Assembly: GCA_964355105.1 (NCBI GenBank)
Contig: CAYHCO010000006.1
Coordinates: 34,420 to 98,419 of the forward strand
Direction of reading: 5' to 3'
From: an uncultured Porphyromonadaceae bacterium
GTDB lineage: Bacteria > Bacteroidota > Bacteroidia > Bacteroidales > UBA12481
Length of the DNA: 64,000 bases
Position numbers and translations under genes: made by a program. Position 1 is the first letter of the stretch, and each line of letters opens with the position of its first letter. Under the pieces are notes generated by a model. That model was given only the letters and a program-made list of their open reading frames with translations. It did no database searches and was not told where the DNA came from. Positions 37,961-47,305 of this stretch are shown here, one piece after another.

Positions 37961-38818
37961 TTAAACATTCTCATTAACATTCATAGCAGTCAGCATATTA
38001 CCGTACACTTTATTGAGTGCCGATAATTTCTTGCCGAGCTTATCCACTTCGTCGCGGTACTGTTTCGTATTCTGAACGGAAGCCTGCAGGTTCTCAATCA
38101 TGGAATCGAGTCCGTCATACAGGGCCTTGGATGATTTCAGGTGTGAGTCTTCACCGCGAAGCTGCAATTCGTAAACCGAATTGAGTGCGGCCAGGTTCTT
38201 GTTCATTTTCTCCAGCTGGTCGGTATAACCGGTGCTGCTGGTACTCAGCTTTCCAATGAGCTCGGCAGTTTTGTTATAGGACTGGGTAAGTGACGAAGCC
38301 GACTGGTTGAGCTCTTCGGTTGAGCGCTTATAGGATTCTCCAAAAGCGTTCAGATTCTCTGATGCTTTCTTAATACTGGTGGTAAACTGCTGTGTTTCAA
38401 CATGAGCACCTGAGATATCGCTCATTTTATTTGCGGATTCAGACAGCTTTTGCATGCCATTGCCAAGCTTGGTGAACAATTCAGGTGAGATCTCAGCTTT
38501 CTCCAGCATTTCGTCAAAGCGTGCCAGAGCGGAACCAGAAGCAGCCGGGCGGGCAACCCTTTTTTCCGGTTTGGCAGTTTTGTCGGCCAGTTCCGGATAA
38601 ACGCGGTCCCATTCCCAATCGTCAGGAAGTGGTTCAAAACCGGCAAAGAAGAAAATTATGGCTTCGGTACCCAGCCCTGCAATCAGGAAATAACTAGACA
38701 GCGGGAAATGCTCAAGTTTCATAAGAGCCCCGATCATAACAACACTGGCACCCCAGCTGTAGAGATAACCCATGAAGTTTCTCCACCACTTTTGCTGAAC
38801 AAATTCTCTGATTCTCAT
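37961..38818 (-). CDS. gldL: T9SS/gliding motor protein GldL (PorL)
   Basis: Y.WGASVV..GAL.K..H, GL.TEA.IFF (conserved TM Glu), W.RVYPEL, LN.VYGNML.AM. Confidence 0.96.
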   Translation of the reverse strand: MRIREFVQQKWWRNFMGYLYSWGASVVMIGALMKLEHFPLSSYFLIAGLGTEAIIFFFAGFEPLPDDWEWDRVYPELADKTAKPEKRVARPAASGSALARFDEMLEKAEISPELFTKLGNGMQKLSESANKMSDISGAHVETQQFTTSIKKASENLNAFGESYKRSTEELNQSASSLTQSYNKTAELIGKLSTSSTGYTDQLEKMNKNLAALNSVYELQLRGEDSHLKSSKALYDGLDSMIENLQASVQNTKQYRDEVDKLGKKLSALNKVYGNMLTAMNVNENV

Positions 38819-38838
38819 GTATTAGGAATTTTTGTTTT

Positions 38839-40206
38839 TTATTTTTCGATACCCATCGTTGACCGTACGCAACGGAAACCGATATAAGATTTTGCTGAAT
38901 CCTGATATTCATAGGAGCGCGTGCCACACTGCAGATAAACGGAGATATCCTTCCAGGAGCCACCCCTGACCACTTTCCGTTTCATTACAGGAGTTTCATT
39001 TGGCAAAGCACTGTATTCGTAATTCGGATTCATGTCGTGAGTAAAACTGTAGGCTGCCTCGTCGAATGCCGAGCTGGTCCATTCGGCAACGTTGCCGGCC
39101 ATGTCGTAGAGGTTGTAATCGTTTGCCTCATAAGATCCTACCGGTGATGGTTTCAGGTAACCGTCGGCAACATAGTTGCCGCGCAAGGGCTTGTAATTCG
39201 CAAAGAAGCCGGTCTGATTCTGTCCCACCGTCTTGTGGTTCTGAAGGAATCCGGAATATGGACCGCCCCACGGATACATGGAAAGATTGCGGCCTCCACG
39301 TGCGGCATATTCCCATTCATATTCTGTTGGAAGCCTCCAATTCTGGACAAACGCCGTGCTTTTGCCCTGAGCCAGGAAATTGTTGAATTTCTGGGTTCTG
39401 TAAACGCAGAAAGCCTGAGCCTGTTCCCAGGTAACACCCACCACAGGATAATCATCAAATCCCGGATGCCAGAAATACATCTTGGCCATGGGATCATTGT
39501 AGCTGTAGGTAAAATCTGAAATCCAGCTGAGCGTGTCAGGATAAATATTGATGGAATAGTTTCTTACAAATTTCGACCGGTCGGAAGCAAGATCCTGATC
39601 CTGGTAATAGGTGGTCGACTTATCTGAACTCTGGACAGAACGCTTGAAGTTACGTTTTTCCTTGGCTGCCTCCTGGTAATTGATCTCCTGATAGGAATAG
39701 ATAAGTTTTCTGGCATCGATTTCCTTGCGCCTGAAGAATCTCTCATTTTCAGGAATGTAGAATGACTCAATGGCTGCCTTAACATCCGCATCGCGGGTGT
39801 CAAGCTGAGTTTTCCAGTTAATGTAAGGCGGATCGATAGGGTTATTGTCTTTATCTTCAGATATCAGATATTCCGGAAACTGCTCACCCAGAGTTTTGCG
39901 GATCAATGAATCGGTTACGTAATAAACGAACTCGCGATATTCGTTATTGGTAATCTCGGTTTCATCCATCCAGAATGCATCGACCGAGATAGTTTTCGAT
40001 TGCGAATTCATGGAAAAAGTCGGATCCTCGTCATTAGGCCCGACCACAAATGAACCCATAGGAATCTTTACCATCCCGTATGGCTCGGGTTCGAACCATT
40101 TTTCCCTTTTTTCTACACCAATCAGCTCGCCGTTATTGGTACTGGTTTTACTGCATCCAGTAAGTACCCAGGCTGCGATTAAACTAAGGAAAAGTAACTT
40201 CTTCAT
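38839..40206 (-). CDS. gldK: T9SS/gliding lipoprotein GldK (PorK), FGE-sulfatase fold
   Basis: Lipobox LTGC, GELIGV, MDETEITNNEYR, YPVVGV.W.QA.AFC, RLPTE.EWEYAARGG, DMAGNVAEW, GFRCV. Confidence 0.96.
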   Translation of the reverse strand: MKKLLFLSLIAAWVLTGCSKTSTNNGELIGVEKREKWFEPEPYGMVKIPMGSFVVGPNDEDPTFSMNSQSKTISVDAFWMDETEITNNEYREFVYYVTDSLIRKTLGEQFPEYLISEDKDNNPIDPPYINWKTQLDTRDADVKAAIESFYIPENERFFRRKEIDARKLIYSYQEINYQEAAKEKRNFKRSVQSSDKSTTYYQDQDLASDRSKFVRNYSINIYPDTLSWISDFTYSYNDPMAKMYFWHPGFDDYPVVGVTWEQAQAFCVYRTQKFNNFLAQGKSTAFVQNWRLPTEYEWEYAARGGRNLSMYPWGGPYSGFLQNHKTVGQNQTGFFANYKPLRGNYVADGYLKPSPVGSYEANDYNLYDMAGNVAEWTSSAFDEAAYSFTHDMNPNYEYSALPNETPVMKRKVVRGGSWKDISVYLQCGTRSYEYQDSAKSYIGFRCVRSTMGIEK

Positions 40207-40226
40207 AACTTTTATAAACCAGTATA

Positions 40227-41186
40227 TTATAAAAATCTCACACTTTTATACCGCTGGGAATATTTGTCGGTAGCCACTTCCAGGTTGTATCCCAGCACAA
40301 ATTCAACAGTCCCGTTACTGTATGCTCCGATAGGCGAAGTGGTATAGTCGTACGAAATACCCAAACGTATGCCGTTGGGCAATTCAGTGCCGACCAGGAT
40401 CGCCACGGCGTCTCCGAGCCTGTAAGTAACGCCTCCCCAAAATCTTTTATTGTATAGCAACAGTGCATTAACATCAATCTGAAATGAAGCCCCGTCTGAT
40501 TTTGCATAGATGGAAGGCTGCAATTCGAAGATCGGGTTAGGCAATTTAAACAGGTATCCGGCAGTGGCATAGTAGTGCCTTTGCATTCTTGTCATGGCTC
40601 CTGAACCGTAATCAATGACAGGCTCCAGGAGGTGTGCGGTGGAAAAGCCCGCATAAAACTTATCGCTACTGTAAAACAGGCCCAGGCCCATATCAAAATT
40701 CATGGTGGAAACCTGTTCGTCGGGTATCGAAGGGTCACCGCTTGCCTGCGTATGCTTATCGCTGTCAGGTATATACCATTTGCCGTTGAGGGCGCGGCTG
40801 AGTAATCCAATATTTAGACCGATACCCAGTTGTCCCCCTGCAAGTTCCATCCGGTATGCGTAATCCAGGCTGATCGACATGTTTTTTTCAAAACCCAGCC
40901 TGTCATCCATAAAGGTTAGACCAACCCCGCTGGGAATATTTAAGGGTTTCACCGGGGTATGGACGCTGAACAGAGTAGTTTTCGGATTGCCCGGAAACCC
41001 CATCCATTGCTGACGGTTGATCATCCCGGCACTCAGCATACCCTGACCTCCGGCAAAGCCCGGATTGGTGGCCAGCTGGTTGAACATGTTATGGGTAAAT
41101 TGCGGATCCTGCTGCGAATACACAGGCAGCCCGGTTAACCCAACCAGGATCAGAAAACTAAGAATTTTGACCCGCAAACTGTTCAT
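40227..41186 (-). CDS. porP: T9SS PorP/SprF family outer-membrane protein
   Basis: QQDPQFTHNMFN...NPGFAG, RQQW.G..G.P.T, SYDY, C-terminal RFL. Directly upstream of gldK. Confidence 0.92.
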   Translation of the reverse strand: MNSLRVKILSFLILVGLTGLPVYSQQDPQFTHNMFNQLATNPGFAGGQGMLSAGMINRQQWMGFPGNPKTTLFSVHTPVKPLNIPSGVGLTFMDDRLGFEKNMSISLDYAYRMELAGGQLGIGLNIGLLSRALNGKWYIPDSDKHTQASGDPSIPDEQVSTMNFDMGLGLFYSSDKFYAGFSTAHLLEPVIDYGSGAMTRMQRHYYATAGYLFKLPNPIFELQPSIYAKSDGASFQIDVNALLLYNKRFWGGVTYRLGDAVAILVGTELPNGIRLGISYDYTTSPIGAYSNGTVEFVLGYNLEVATDKYSQRYKSVRFL

Positions 41187-41276
41187 GCCGAAATTTAAGT
41201 CAGTAAAGATAATCGAAAAAATAAATACACAGCATGGTCAATAACGCAAAGGGTTTGCCAATATTATCCATATGTT

Positions 41277-42419
41277 CTACGACAGCCGGCGATAATGGTT
41301 CCACCACCTGTCCGGAATCTCTCCGTCGCTCGCCACCTGGTAATCCCTCGGCGAACAGGCAACATAGAGAGAGCGCGGGTATTTTGAGTCCGGGTAAGGG
41401 ACCTCAACCCACCAGCGTCCAGAAGCAGGGCTTTTATAAAATGTTAATGTATAACCTGTGTTTGGAAGATCGATCAAATATTTCTGATAGAGCTTGATAT
41501 CCCCGAATGGATAATCAGCTTTCCGCTGACTGACCCCCTGAATAAAATGCCAGATCATCTGGGCAGCCAGCGCAGCCGTCTGCCCGTCTCTGTCGCGGCC
41601 CGGCTGAAATCCGGCAAGTGAGAACAGTGAGAGCTTATCACTCAGACCGGCAAACCTGGCCAGCTGGCAGGATTCTTCTGCGGTAAAGCCATTGGCCGAA
41701 GGAAAACTAATGCCCGGAGCTTCAGTCTGGCGAATGGAATTCATAGAAAAAATCACCACATCTGAGTTCCTGAAAACCGGCTCCGATTCCCGCAAATCCT
41801 CACGCAGCGCACCCAATCGGTGATGCTCGAAAAACAATTCCCCCAACCGGTCGAAACTGGCGGGTTCATTTAGATAGGACTGGTAGCCCATGTGCACGAA
41901 ATCATACAGGCAACCTTCCGGTTCAGCGAGCAGCTCATTAAGGTAATGACCCCGATGAGCTTCCCCATCCGGCATTAGGTCGATTACCGAATCTATAACT
42001 GCCATATTATAAGGCGATTCCAGACGGGTATAAGCTTTGCCGAAGGTTAGTGCATCGTGGGTGTCGCGGCCTATCAGCACCATTACTTTATGTGATTTCC
42101 CAAGCTCGGTAATCACATCCATCAATCCGATACGGGTATCGGCCGGAGTTTTACCCTCCCTCAGATTGCCCAGGTCAACCATTTCCCCAGCGGGCAACAC
42201 TCCCGACAGGCCATATAAATAAGTACGGATCTCATCGGCAAGTGCAGGATCACCTATCCCTGCCAAAACAATTTTAGCTTTGCTGATACCGGGCGACCTG
42301 CCCTTTTTCCGGTGAATGCCGGTTGTTGAACTGACGGGGTTAAGAATTCTTTCGTCGGTATGTACGGCCAACGGACCAACAGGATCAAAATAGAGCAGAA
42401 TTTCCTGTAATGAGGGCAT
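41277..42419 (-). CDS. Arginase/formimidoylglutamase-fold protein (Bacteroidota type), metal ligands degenerate
   Basis: DLGNL, GYQSY, RLG, EP..R, NGF..EE.CQ.AR.AG.S, AQM.W.F and C-terminal FYKS..SGRWW. Alternative TTG start at 42428. Confidence 0.78.
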   Translation of the reverse strand: MPSLQEILLYFDPVGPLAVHTDERILNPVSSTTGIHRKKGRSPGISKAKIVLAGIGDPALADEIRTYLYGLSGVLPAGEMVDLGNLREGKTPADTRIGLMDVITELGKSHKVMVLIGRDTHDALTFGKAYTRLESPYNMAVIDSVIDLMPDGEAHRGHYLNELLAEPEGCLYDFVHMGYQSYLNEPASFDRLGELFFEHHRLGALREDLRESEPVFRNSDVVIFSMNSIRQTEAPGISFPSANGFTAEESCQLARFAGLSDKLSLFSLAGFQPGRDRDGQTAALAAQMIWHFIQGVSQRKADYPFGDIKLYQKYLIDLPNTGYTLTFYKSPASGRWWVEVPYPDSKYPRSLYVACSPRDYQVASDGEIPDRWWNHYRRLS

Positions 42420-42428
42420 ATGCGGCAA

Positions 42429-44732
42429 TTATTTATCGCTTGAACTCTTCGCAATCAGCGCCTTGCAATCCTCCAGGCTCAAAGCTGCAGGATCCTGGCT
42501 TTTTGGAATCTTATAATTCTTTTTCTGATACGAAATATAAGGACCAAAACGGCCATTCAGTACTTTTAAATCGGGTTCTTCATCAAATTCCCGTATAACC
42601 CGCATCAGGTCGGCAGTGCGCTTCTCAATGATGATCGCGATTGCGCGTTCAATATCAACCGTCATCGGATCATCCACCCCCTTCTTCAGGGAGTAAAATG
42701 CGCTCTTGTGCCTGATGTACGGACCAAAACGGCCAACTCCCACCGTAACGGCAGCATCCTCGAAATCGCCGATCGAACGTGGAAGGGCAAAAAGCTTAAG
42801 AGCCTCCTCCATGGTGATGGTCTCAATCAGCTGACCTTTAGCCAGGCGGGCAAACCGCGGCTTGTTATCGTTATTGGCTTCCCCGATTTGTGCCATCGGA
42901 CCATAACGGCCGATCTTCACCACCACCGGTTCTCCGGTTTCAGGGTGCGGTCCCAGAACTCGCTCACCCGAGCTGCGCAATGAATTTTTTGATGTCAGGT
43001 CGACCTGCTCATGGAAAGGCTTGTAAAACCGATGAATCATCTCGTACCACACCAATTTACCGTCAGCGATCTCGTCAAATTCCTCTTCCACGCTGGCAGT
43101 GAAATTGAAATCAACAATATTGGAGAAATGCTCCATGAGGAAATCATTCACCACAATCCCGATATCCGTCGGGAACAATTTCGATTTTTCAAAACCCGTT
43201 TTCTCATTTTTGATGAACCCGGTGATCTTCCCGTCTTTCAGCTTGAGCCCATCGAGGCTCCTCACCGTCCCCTGGCGATCCTCTTTCACCACGTATTCGC
43301 GGGTCTGGATCGTGGAAATGGTTGGGGCATAAGTAGATGGACGGCCAATACCCAGCTCCTCCAGTTTTTTCACCAGGCTGGCTTCGGTATATCTTGCCGG
43401 TGCATGCGAGAAACGCTGCATCGCCTCGATCGATTCCAGGTTAAGCAGCTCGCCCTGTTTCAGCGGCGGAATCAGTTCTGATCCGTTTTCGCCGTTTTCC
43501 TCATCTGAACTCTCACGGTATATCCGCATGAATCCATCGAACAGCAGCACCTCGCCGGTGGCAACCAAAACTTCTTTTCTAGTTGATATACTGATATTTA
43601 CAGTTGTTTTCTCCAGTAATGCCTCACTCATCTGAGAAGCAATCGTCCGCTTCCAGATCAGTTCGTATAATTTCTTTTCATTGGCAGGACCGGCAATCTC
43701 ATGATGCTCCATGTAGGTGGGGCGGATAGCTTCGTGGGCTTCCTGTGCACCTTTGGATTTTGTTTTGTATTGCCTCACCTTCAAATATTTATCTCCGAAT
43801 TCGCTCAGGATTTCCTTCTTCGTGGTACCCAGCGCCAGATCGGACAGGTTGACCGAGTCGGTACGCATGTAGGTGATCTTTCCCGCTTCGTACAATTTCT
43901 GTGCAAGGGTCATGGTCTGCGACACGGAGAAACCGAATTTCCGGCTCGCCTCCTGCTGCAGGGTGGAAGTGGTGAATGGCGGTGAAGGTGATTTCTTCAC
44001 TGGTTTGGTTTCCACGCCGTCGACCACAAAATCGGCTGCTTTGCAGCTTTCGAGAAAGGCCATGGTCTCCTCGCGGGTTGCAAATTTCTTGTCCAGCTCG
44101 GCTTTCAGCTCGGTGATCTTGCCATCGGCGCCGGCCACTTCAAAAACGGCTACCACACGGTAAACCGGGACTGAGTTAAAGTTCAACACTTCACGTTCGC
44201 GTTCAACCAGCAACCTCACGGCCACACTCTGCACACGACCGGCTGAAAGAGACGGTTTAACTTTCTTCCACAACACAGGACTGAGCTCGAAGCCTACCAA
44301 TCGGTCGAGAACACGGCGCGCCTGCTGGGCATTCACCAGGTTCTGATCGATCGCCCTTGGGTTTTGCATAGCCTTGGTAATGGCTTCTTTGGTAATCTCA
44401 TGAAAAACGATCCGCTGAGCCTTGTCGGCCGGTATACCCAAAACTTCCGCCAGGTGCCACGAAATGGCTTCCCCTTCGCGGTCCTCGTCAGACGCCAGCC
44501 ATACCTTCCCGGATTCAGCCGCAAGTTTCTTCAGATCAGCAACTACCTTTTTTTTGTCAGCAGAAATAATATAATGGGGTTCGTAGTTCTTTTTGATGTT
44601 AATTCCGAACTCTTTTTTAGCTAAATCCCTGATATGACCATAACTGGATTTAACCAGGAAGTCCTTACCCAGAAACTTCTCTATAGTCTTAGCCTTAGCA
44701 GGTGATTCTACAATTACAAGATTCTCAGCCAT
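42429..44732 (-). CDS. topA: DNA topoisomerase I (Topo-C repeat C-terminus)
   Basis: IVESPAKAKTI, DEDREGE, SAGRVQS, ITYMRTDS, AHEAIRPT, GIGRPSTY, GRYGP/GRFGP repeats. Confidence 0.98.
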   Translation of the reverse strand: MAENLVIVESPAKAKTIEKFLGKDFLVKSSYGHIRDLAKKEFGINIKKNYEPHYIISADKKKVVADLKKLAAESGKVWLASDEDREGEAISWHLAEVLGIPADKAQRIVFHEITKEAITKAMQNPRAIDQNLVNAQQARRVLDRLVGFELSPVLWKKVKPSLSAGRVQSVAVRLLVEREREVLNFNSVPVYRVVAVFEVAGADGKITELKAELDKKFATREETMAFLESCKAADFVVDGVETKPVKKSPSPPFTTSTLQQEASRKFGFSVSQTMTLAQKLYEAGKITYMRTDSVNLSDLALGTTKKEILSEFGDKYLKVRQYKTKSKGAQEAHEAIRPTYMEHHEIAGPANEKKLYELIWKRTIASQMSEALLEKTTVNISISTRKEVLVATGEVLLFDGFMRIYRESSDEENGENGSELIPPLKQGELLNLESIEAMQRFSHAPARYTEASLVKKLEELGIGRPSTYAPTISTIQTREYVVKEDRQGTVRSLDGLKLKDGKITGFIKNEKTGFEKSKLFPTDIGIVVNDFLMEHFSNIVDFNFTASVEEEFDEIADGKLVWYEMIHRFYKPFHEQVDLTSKNSLRSSGERVLGPHPETGEPVVVKIGRYGPMAQIGEANNDNKPRFARLAKGQLIETITMEEALKLFALPRSIGDFEDAAVTVGVGRFGPYIRHKSAFYSLKKGVDDPMTVDIERAIAIIIEKRTADLMRVIREFDEEPDLKVLNGRFGPYISYQKKNYKIPKSQDPAALSLEDCKALIAKSSSDK

Positions 44733-44831
44733 TTTGGATTGGTTCCGTTAAAAAAATCGCACAAAGATTAAATAATTTTCTGAAGTATAGACGCGTTTAT
44801 TATTGTGAAATGGAAAAAGCACGGCTAAAAA

Positions 44832-44930
44832 ACGTGACACAAGACACGTGACGCGAAACACGGAAGAGTGAGTTAGGGGCTTATTCGTGGCGTATTTCGT
44901 GTTTCGCGTTTCGCGTTTCGCGTCACGAGT
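44832..44930. repeat. Inverted pair of degenerate 7-bp tandem arrays in the topA/PBP1A divergent intergenic region
   Basis: Left arm acgtgac-acaagac-acgtgac-gcgaaac. Right arm tcgtgtt-tcgcgtt-tcgcgtt-tcgcgtc. 44847-44859 is the exact reverse complement of 44915-44927. Confidence 0.85.
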
Positions 44931-44937
44931 TTATATT

Positions 44938-44945
44938 TACCTTTG
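44938..44945 (+). promoter_or_regulatory. Bacteroidota -7 element (TACCTTTG) upstream of the PBP1A gene
   Basis: Exact TAnnTTTG match 17 nt upstream of the ATG. Confidence 0.65.
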
Positions 44946-44962
44946 CACCGCATTATTTTCAG

Positions 44963-47305
44963 ATGGTTATGAAGAAAGAAGCTGATCAGACAAAACGATA
45001 TCTCAAAATATTCTGGATGATTTTCGGAGGGGGTGTGGTATTCATCTTCCTCTTCTTTACCATGATATCATACGGTTTACTGGGATTCATGCCTTCTTTT
45101 GAGACGCTGGAAAATCCAATGATTGAGGCCAGCCAGGTAATCTCTGAAGACCAGGTCCCCTTGGGTGCATACTTTTCTGCTCAGGAAAACCGCGAGATAA
45201 TTCCTTTTAACAAGATCAGCCCATACATGATTGGGGCTATCATATCCATTGAAGACCAGCGGTATTACAAGCATTCTGGTATCGATTTTCTTGGTCTGGT
45301 CAGAGTACTGGTAAAAAGCGTGATTCTGAGGCAGGATACCGGAGGAGGCAGTACCCTGACCCAGCAGCTGGCCAAGATGCTTTTCCCTCGTGAGGACGAT
45401 CTGGGGACCATCGGATTTGCCGTGCGGAAATTCCGGGAATGGGTGATCGCCGTAAAGCTGGAAAAAACTTTTACCAAAGAGGAGATTCTCGCACTCTATC
45501 TGAATAAGCTGAGCTTTGTAAATAATGCGGAGGGTATTCAAACCGCCTCATGGGTCTATTTCAATAAGAATGCCAGCCAGCTGGAGATACACGAGGCAGC
45601 CATGCTCGCCGGGATGGCAAAAAACCCATCCTTGTACAATCCGCTTCGTTTTGGTCTGAAAAACACGCTGCCCAGGCGGAATACCGTTCTCGACAAGATG
45701 AGGCAGCGTGGATATGCCGATGCCCTGGCTGTTCAAAAAGCCAAGTCGCTCGACCTGAGCCTTAATTATCACCGTGTTGACCATAAGGTTGGCAGGGCAA
45801 CCTATTTGAGAGAATACCTCAGGGGCGTTCTTATGGAGAAACGCCCGCAGAGCGCCGCAGGTGCTGCAGCCTGGGATGCAAACCCACTCCGGGGATTCTG
45901 TTACAAGCATACCAAGCAGGACGGAACACCCTATAATCTGTACCGCGACGGGCTTAAGATCTATACCACCATAGATTCCCATATGCAGCAGTATGCTGAA
46001 GAAGCCGTGGTAGAACATCTGAGCCTCGATCTTCAGAAGACTTTCGACAAGGAGCTCCGCAGGCTGAAACGAACACCTTTCTCCAACAGCGCTTCCGAAG
46101 AAGAGATTGCCCGCTCCATGAACAGCGCCATGGGCTGGAGCGAGCGTTACCGGGTACTGAAAAAGGAGCAGGGACTCTCCGATGAAGAAATAAAGAGGAT
46201 ATTCAATACACCGACCCAGATGTCGGTATTCAGCTGGAAAGGGGAAAAGGATACCGTGCTCACCCCGATGGACTCCATTAAATATTATAAGAGGTTCCTC
46301 CGCTCGGCTTTCATAGCCATCAGTCCGAAAACCGGGTATGTAAAGGCTTACGTGGGGGGTCCTGACTACCGGTATTTCCAGTACGACCAGATCATGCAGG
46401 GACGCCGTCAGGTAGGATCGGTTTTCAAGCCTTTTGTGTATACCGTTGCCATGGAAAACGGCATCTCGCCTTGTTATGAAGTCCCGAATGTGCCGGTGGT
46501 GTTTACGGGGAATTTCAAGGGTGTTGAAGGCAGTTCCTATGAACCGCAATTCTCTGACGACAAGGATCTTGACGGGCAAATGGTTACATTAAGGACAGGC
46601 CTGTCCAAGTCACTCAACCAGATATCTGCCTGGGTCATGAAGCAATACAATCCGCAGGCAGTCATCGAAGTAGCCCGTAAGGTGGGAATCAGATCAGAAA
46701 TCGATCCGGTTATACCGATATGTGTGGGAGCAGTTGACCTGCCGGTATATGAAGTGGCTGGTGCTTTTACGGCTTTTGCCAATAAGGGCATCTGGGTTGA
46801 GCCCATGATGGTTACCCGCATTGAGGATAAAAACGGCAACCTCCTGGCAACCTTCAGCACTCACGAAGAAGTGGCCATGAGTGAAGAAACCGCCTATAAG
46901 ATGTTGTACATGATGCAGGGTGTCACCGGTCAGGCAGGTACGGGCCGCCGACTCCGGAACAAATATGAGTTCACCAACCCGATCGCCGGAAAAACAGGTA
47001 CCACCAACAGCTATGCCGACGGCTGGTTTGTTGGCATCGTGCCCGACCTGATCGGCACTGCCTGGACCGGCGCCGAAGATAAAATGGTTCACTTCACCAA
47101 TCACGATAACGGTCAGGGTTCCAACATGGCTCTGCCGATCTGGGCACTGTTCATGAAAAAGGTTTATGCCGATCCAACGCTGAATATCTCGCAGGGCCCC
47201 TTTGAACGCCCGTTATACATGAGCGATCCGCTGGCTTGCGATGAATCGCAGCCGCAGACGGTTAAACCGGCTAAAAGAAAGAAATCGGATTTCGACGATT
47301 TTTAG
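44963..47305 (+). CDS. mrcA: Class A penicillin-binding protein 1A (transglycosylase/transpeptidase)
   Basis: N-terminal TM, EDQRYYKHSG and GGSTLTQQLAK (GT51), SVFK (SxxK), SLN (SxN), KTGT. Confidence 0.95.
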   Translation: MVMKKEADQTKRYLKIFWMIFGGGVVFIFLFFTMISYGLLGFMPSFETLENPMIEASQVISEDQVPLGAYFSAQENREIIPFNKISPYMIGAIISIEDQRYYKHSGIDFLGLVRVLVKSVILRQDTGGGSTLTQQLAKMLFPREDDLGTIGFAVRKFREWVIAVKLEKTFTKEEILALYLNKLSFVNNAEGIQTASWVYFNKNASQLEIHEAAMLAGMAKNPSLYNPLRFGLKNTLPRRNTVLDKMRQRGYADALAVQKAKSLDLSLNYHRVDHKVGRATYLREYLRGVLMEKRPQSAAGAAAWDANPLRGFCYKHTKQDGTPYNLYRDGLKIYTTIDSHMQQYAEEAVVEHLSLDLQKTFDKELRRLKRTPFSNSASEEEIARSMNSAMGWSERYRVLKKEQGLSDEEIKRIFNTPTQMSVFSWKGEKDTVLTPMDSIKYYKRFLRSAFIAISPKTGYVKAYVGGPDYRYFQYDQIMQGRRQVGSVFKPFVYTVAMENGISPCYEVPNVPVVFTGNFKGVEGSSYEPQFSDDKDLDGQMVTLRTGLSKSLNQISAWVMKQYNPQAVIEVARKVGIRSEIDPVIPICVGAVDLPVYEVAGAFTAFANKGIWVEPMMVTRIEDKNGNLLATFSTHEEVAMSEETAYKMLYMMQGVTGQAGTGRRLRNKYEFTNPIAGKTGTTNSYADGWFVGIVPDLIGTAWTGAEDKMVHFTNHDNGQGSNMALPIWALFMKKVYADPTLNISQGPFERPLYMSDPLACDESQPQTVKPAKRKKSDFDDF

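Noticed and set aside
45548..46579. 343-aa antisense ORF inside mrcA (and similar ones, e.g. 36368-37096, 55378-55998, 21779-22366, 57800-58372)
   Set aside because: Shadow ORFs opposite well-conserved genes, with no motifs. Expected from codon bias.
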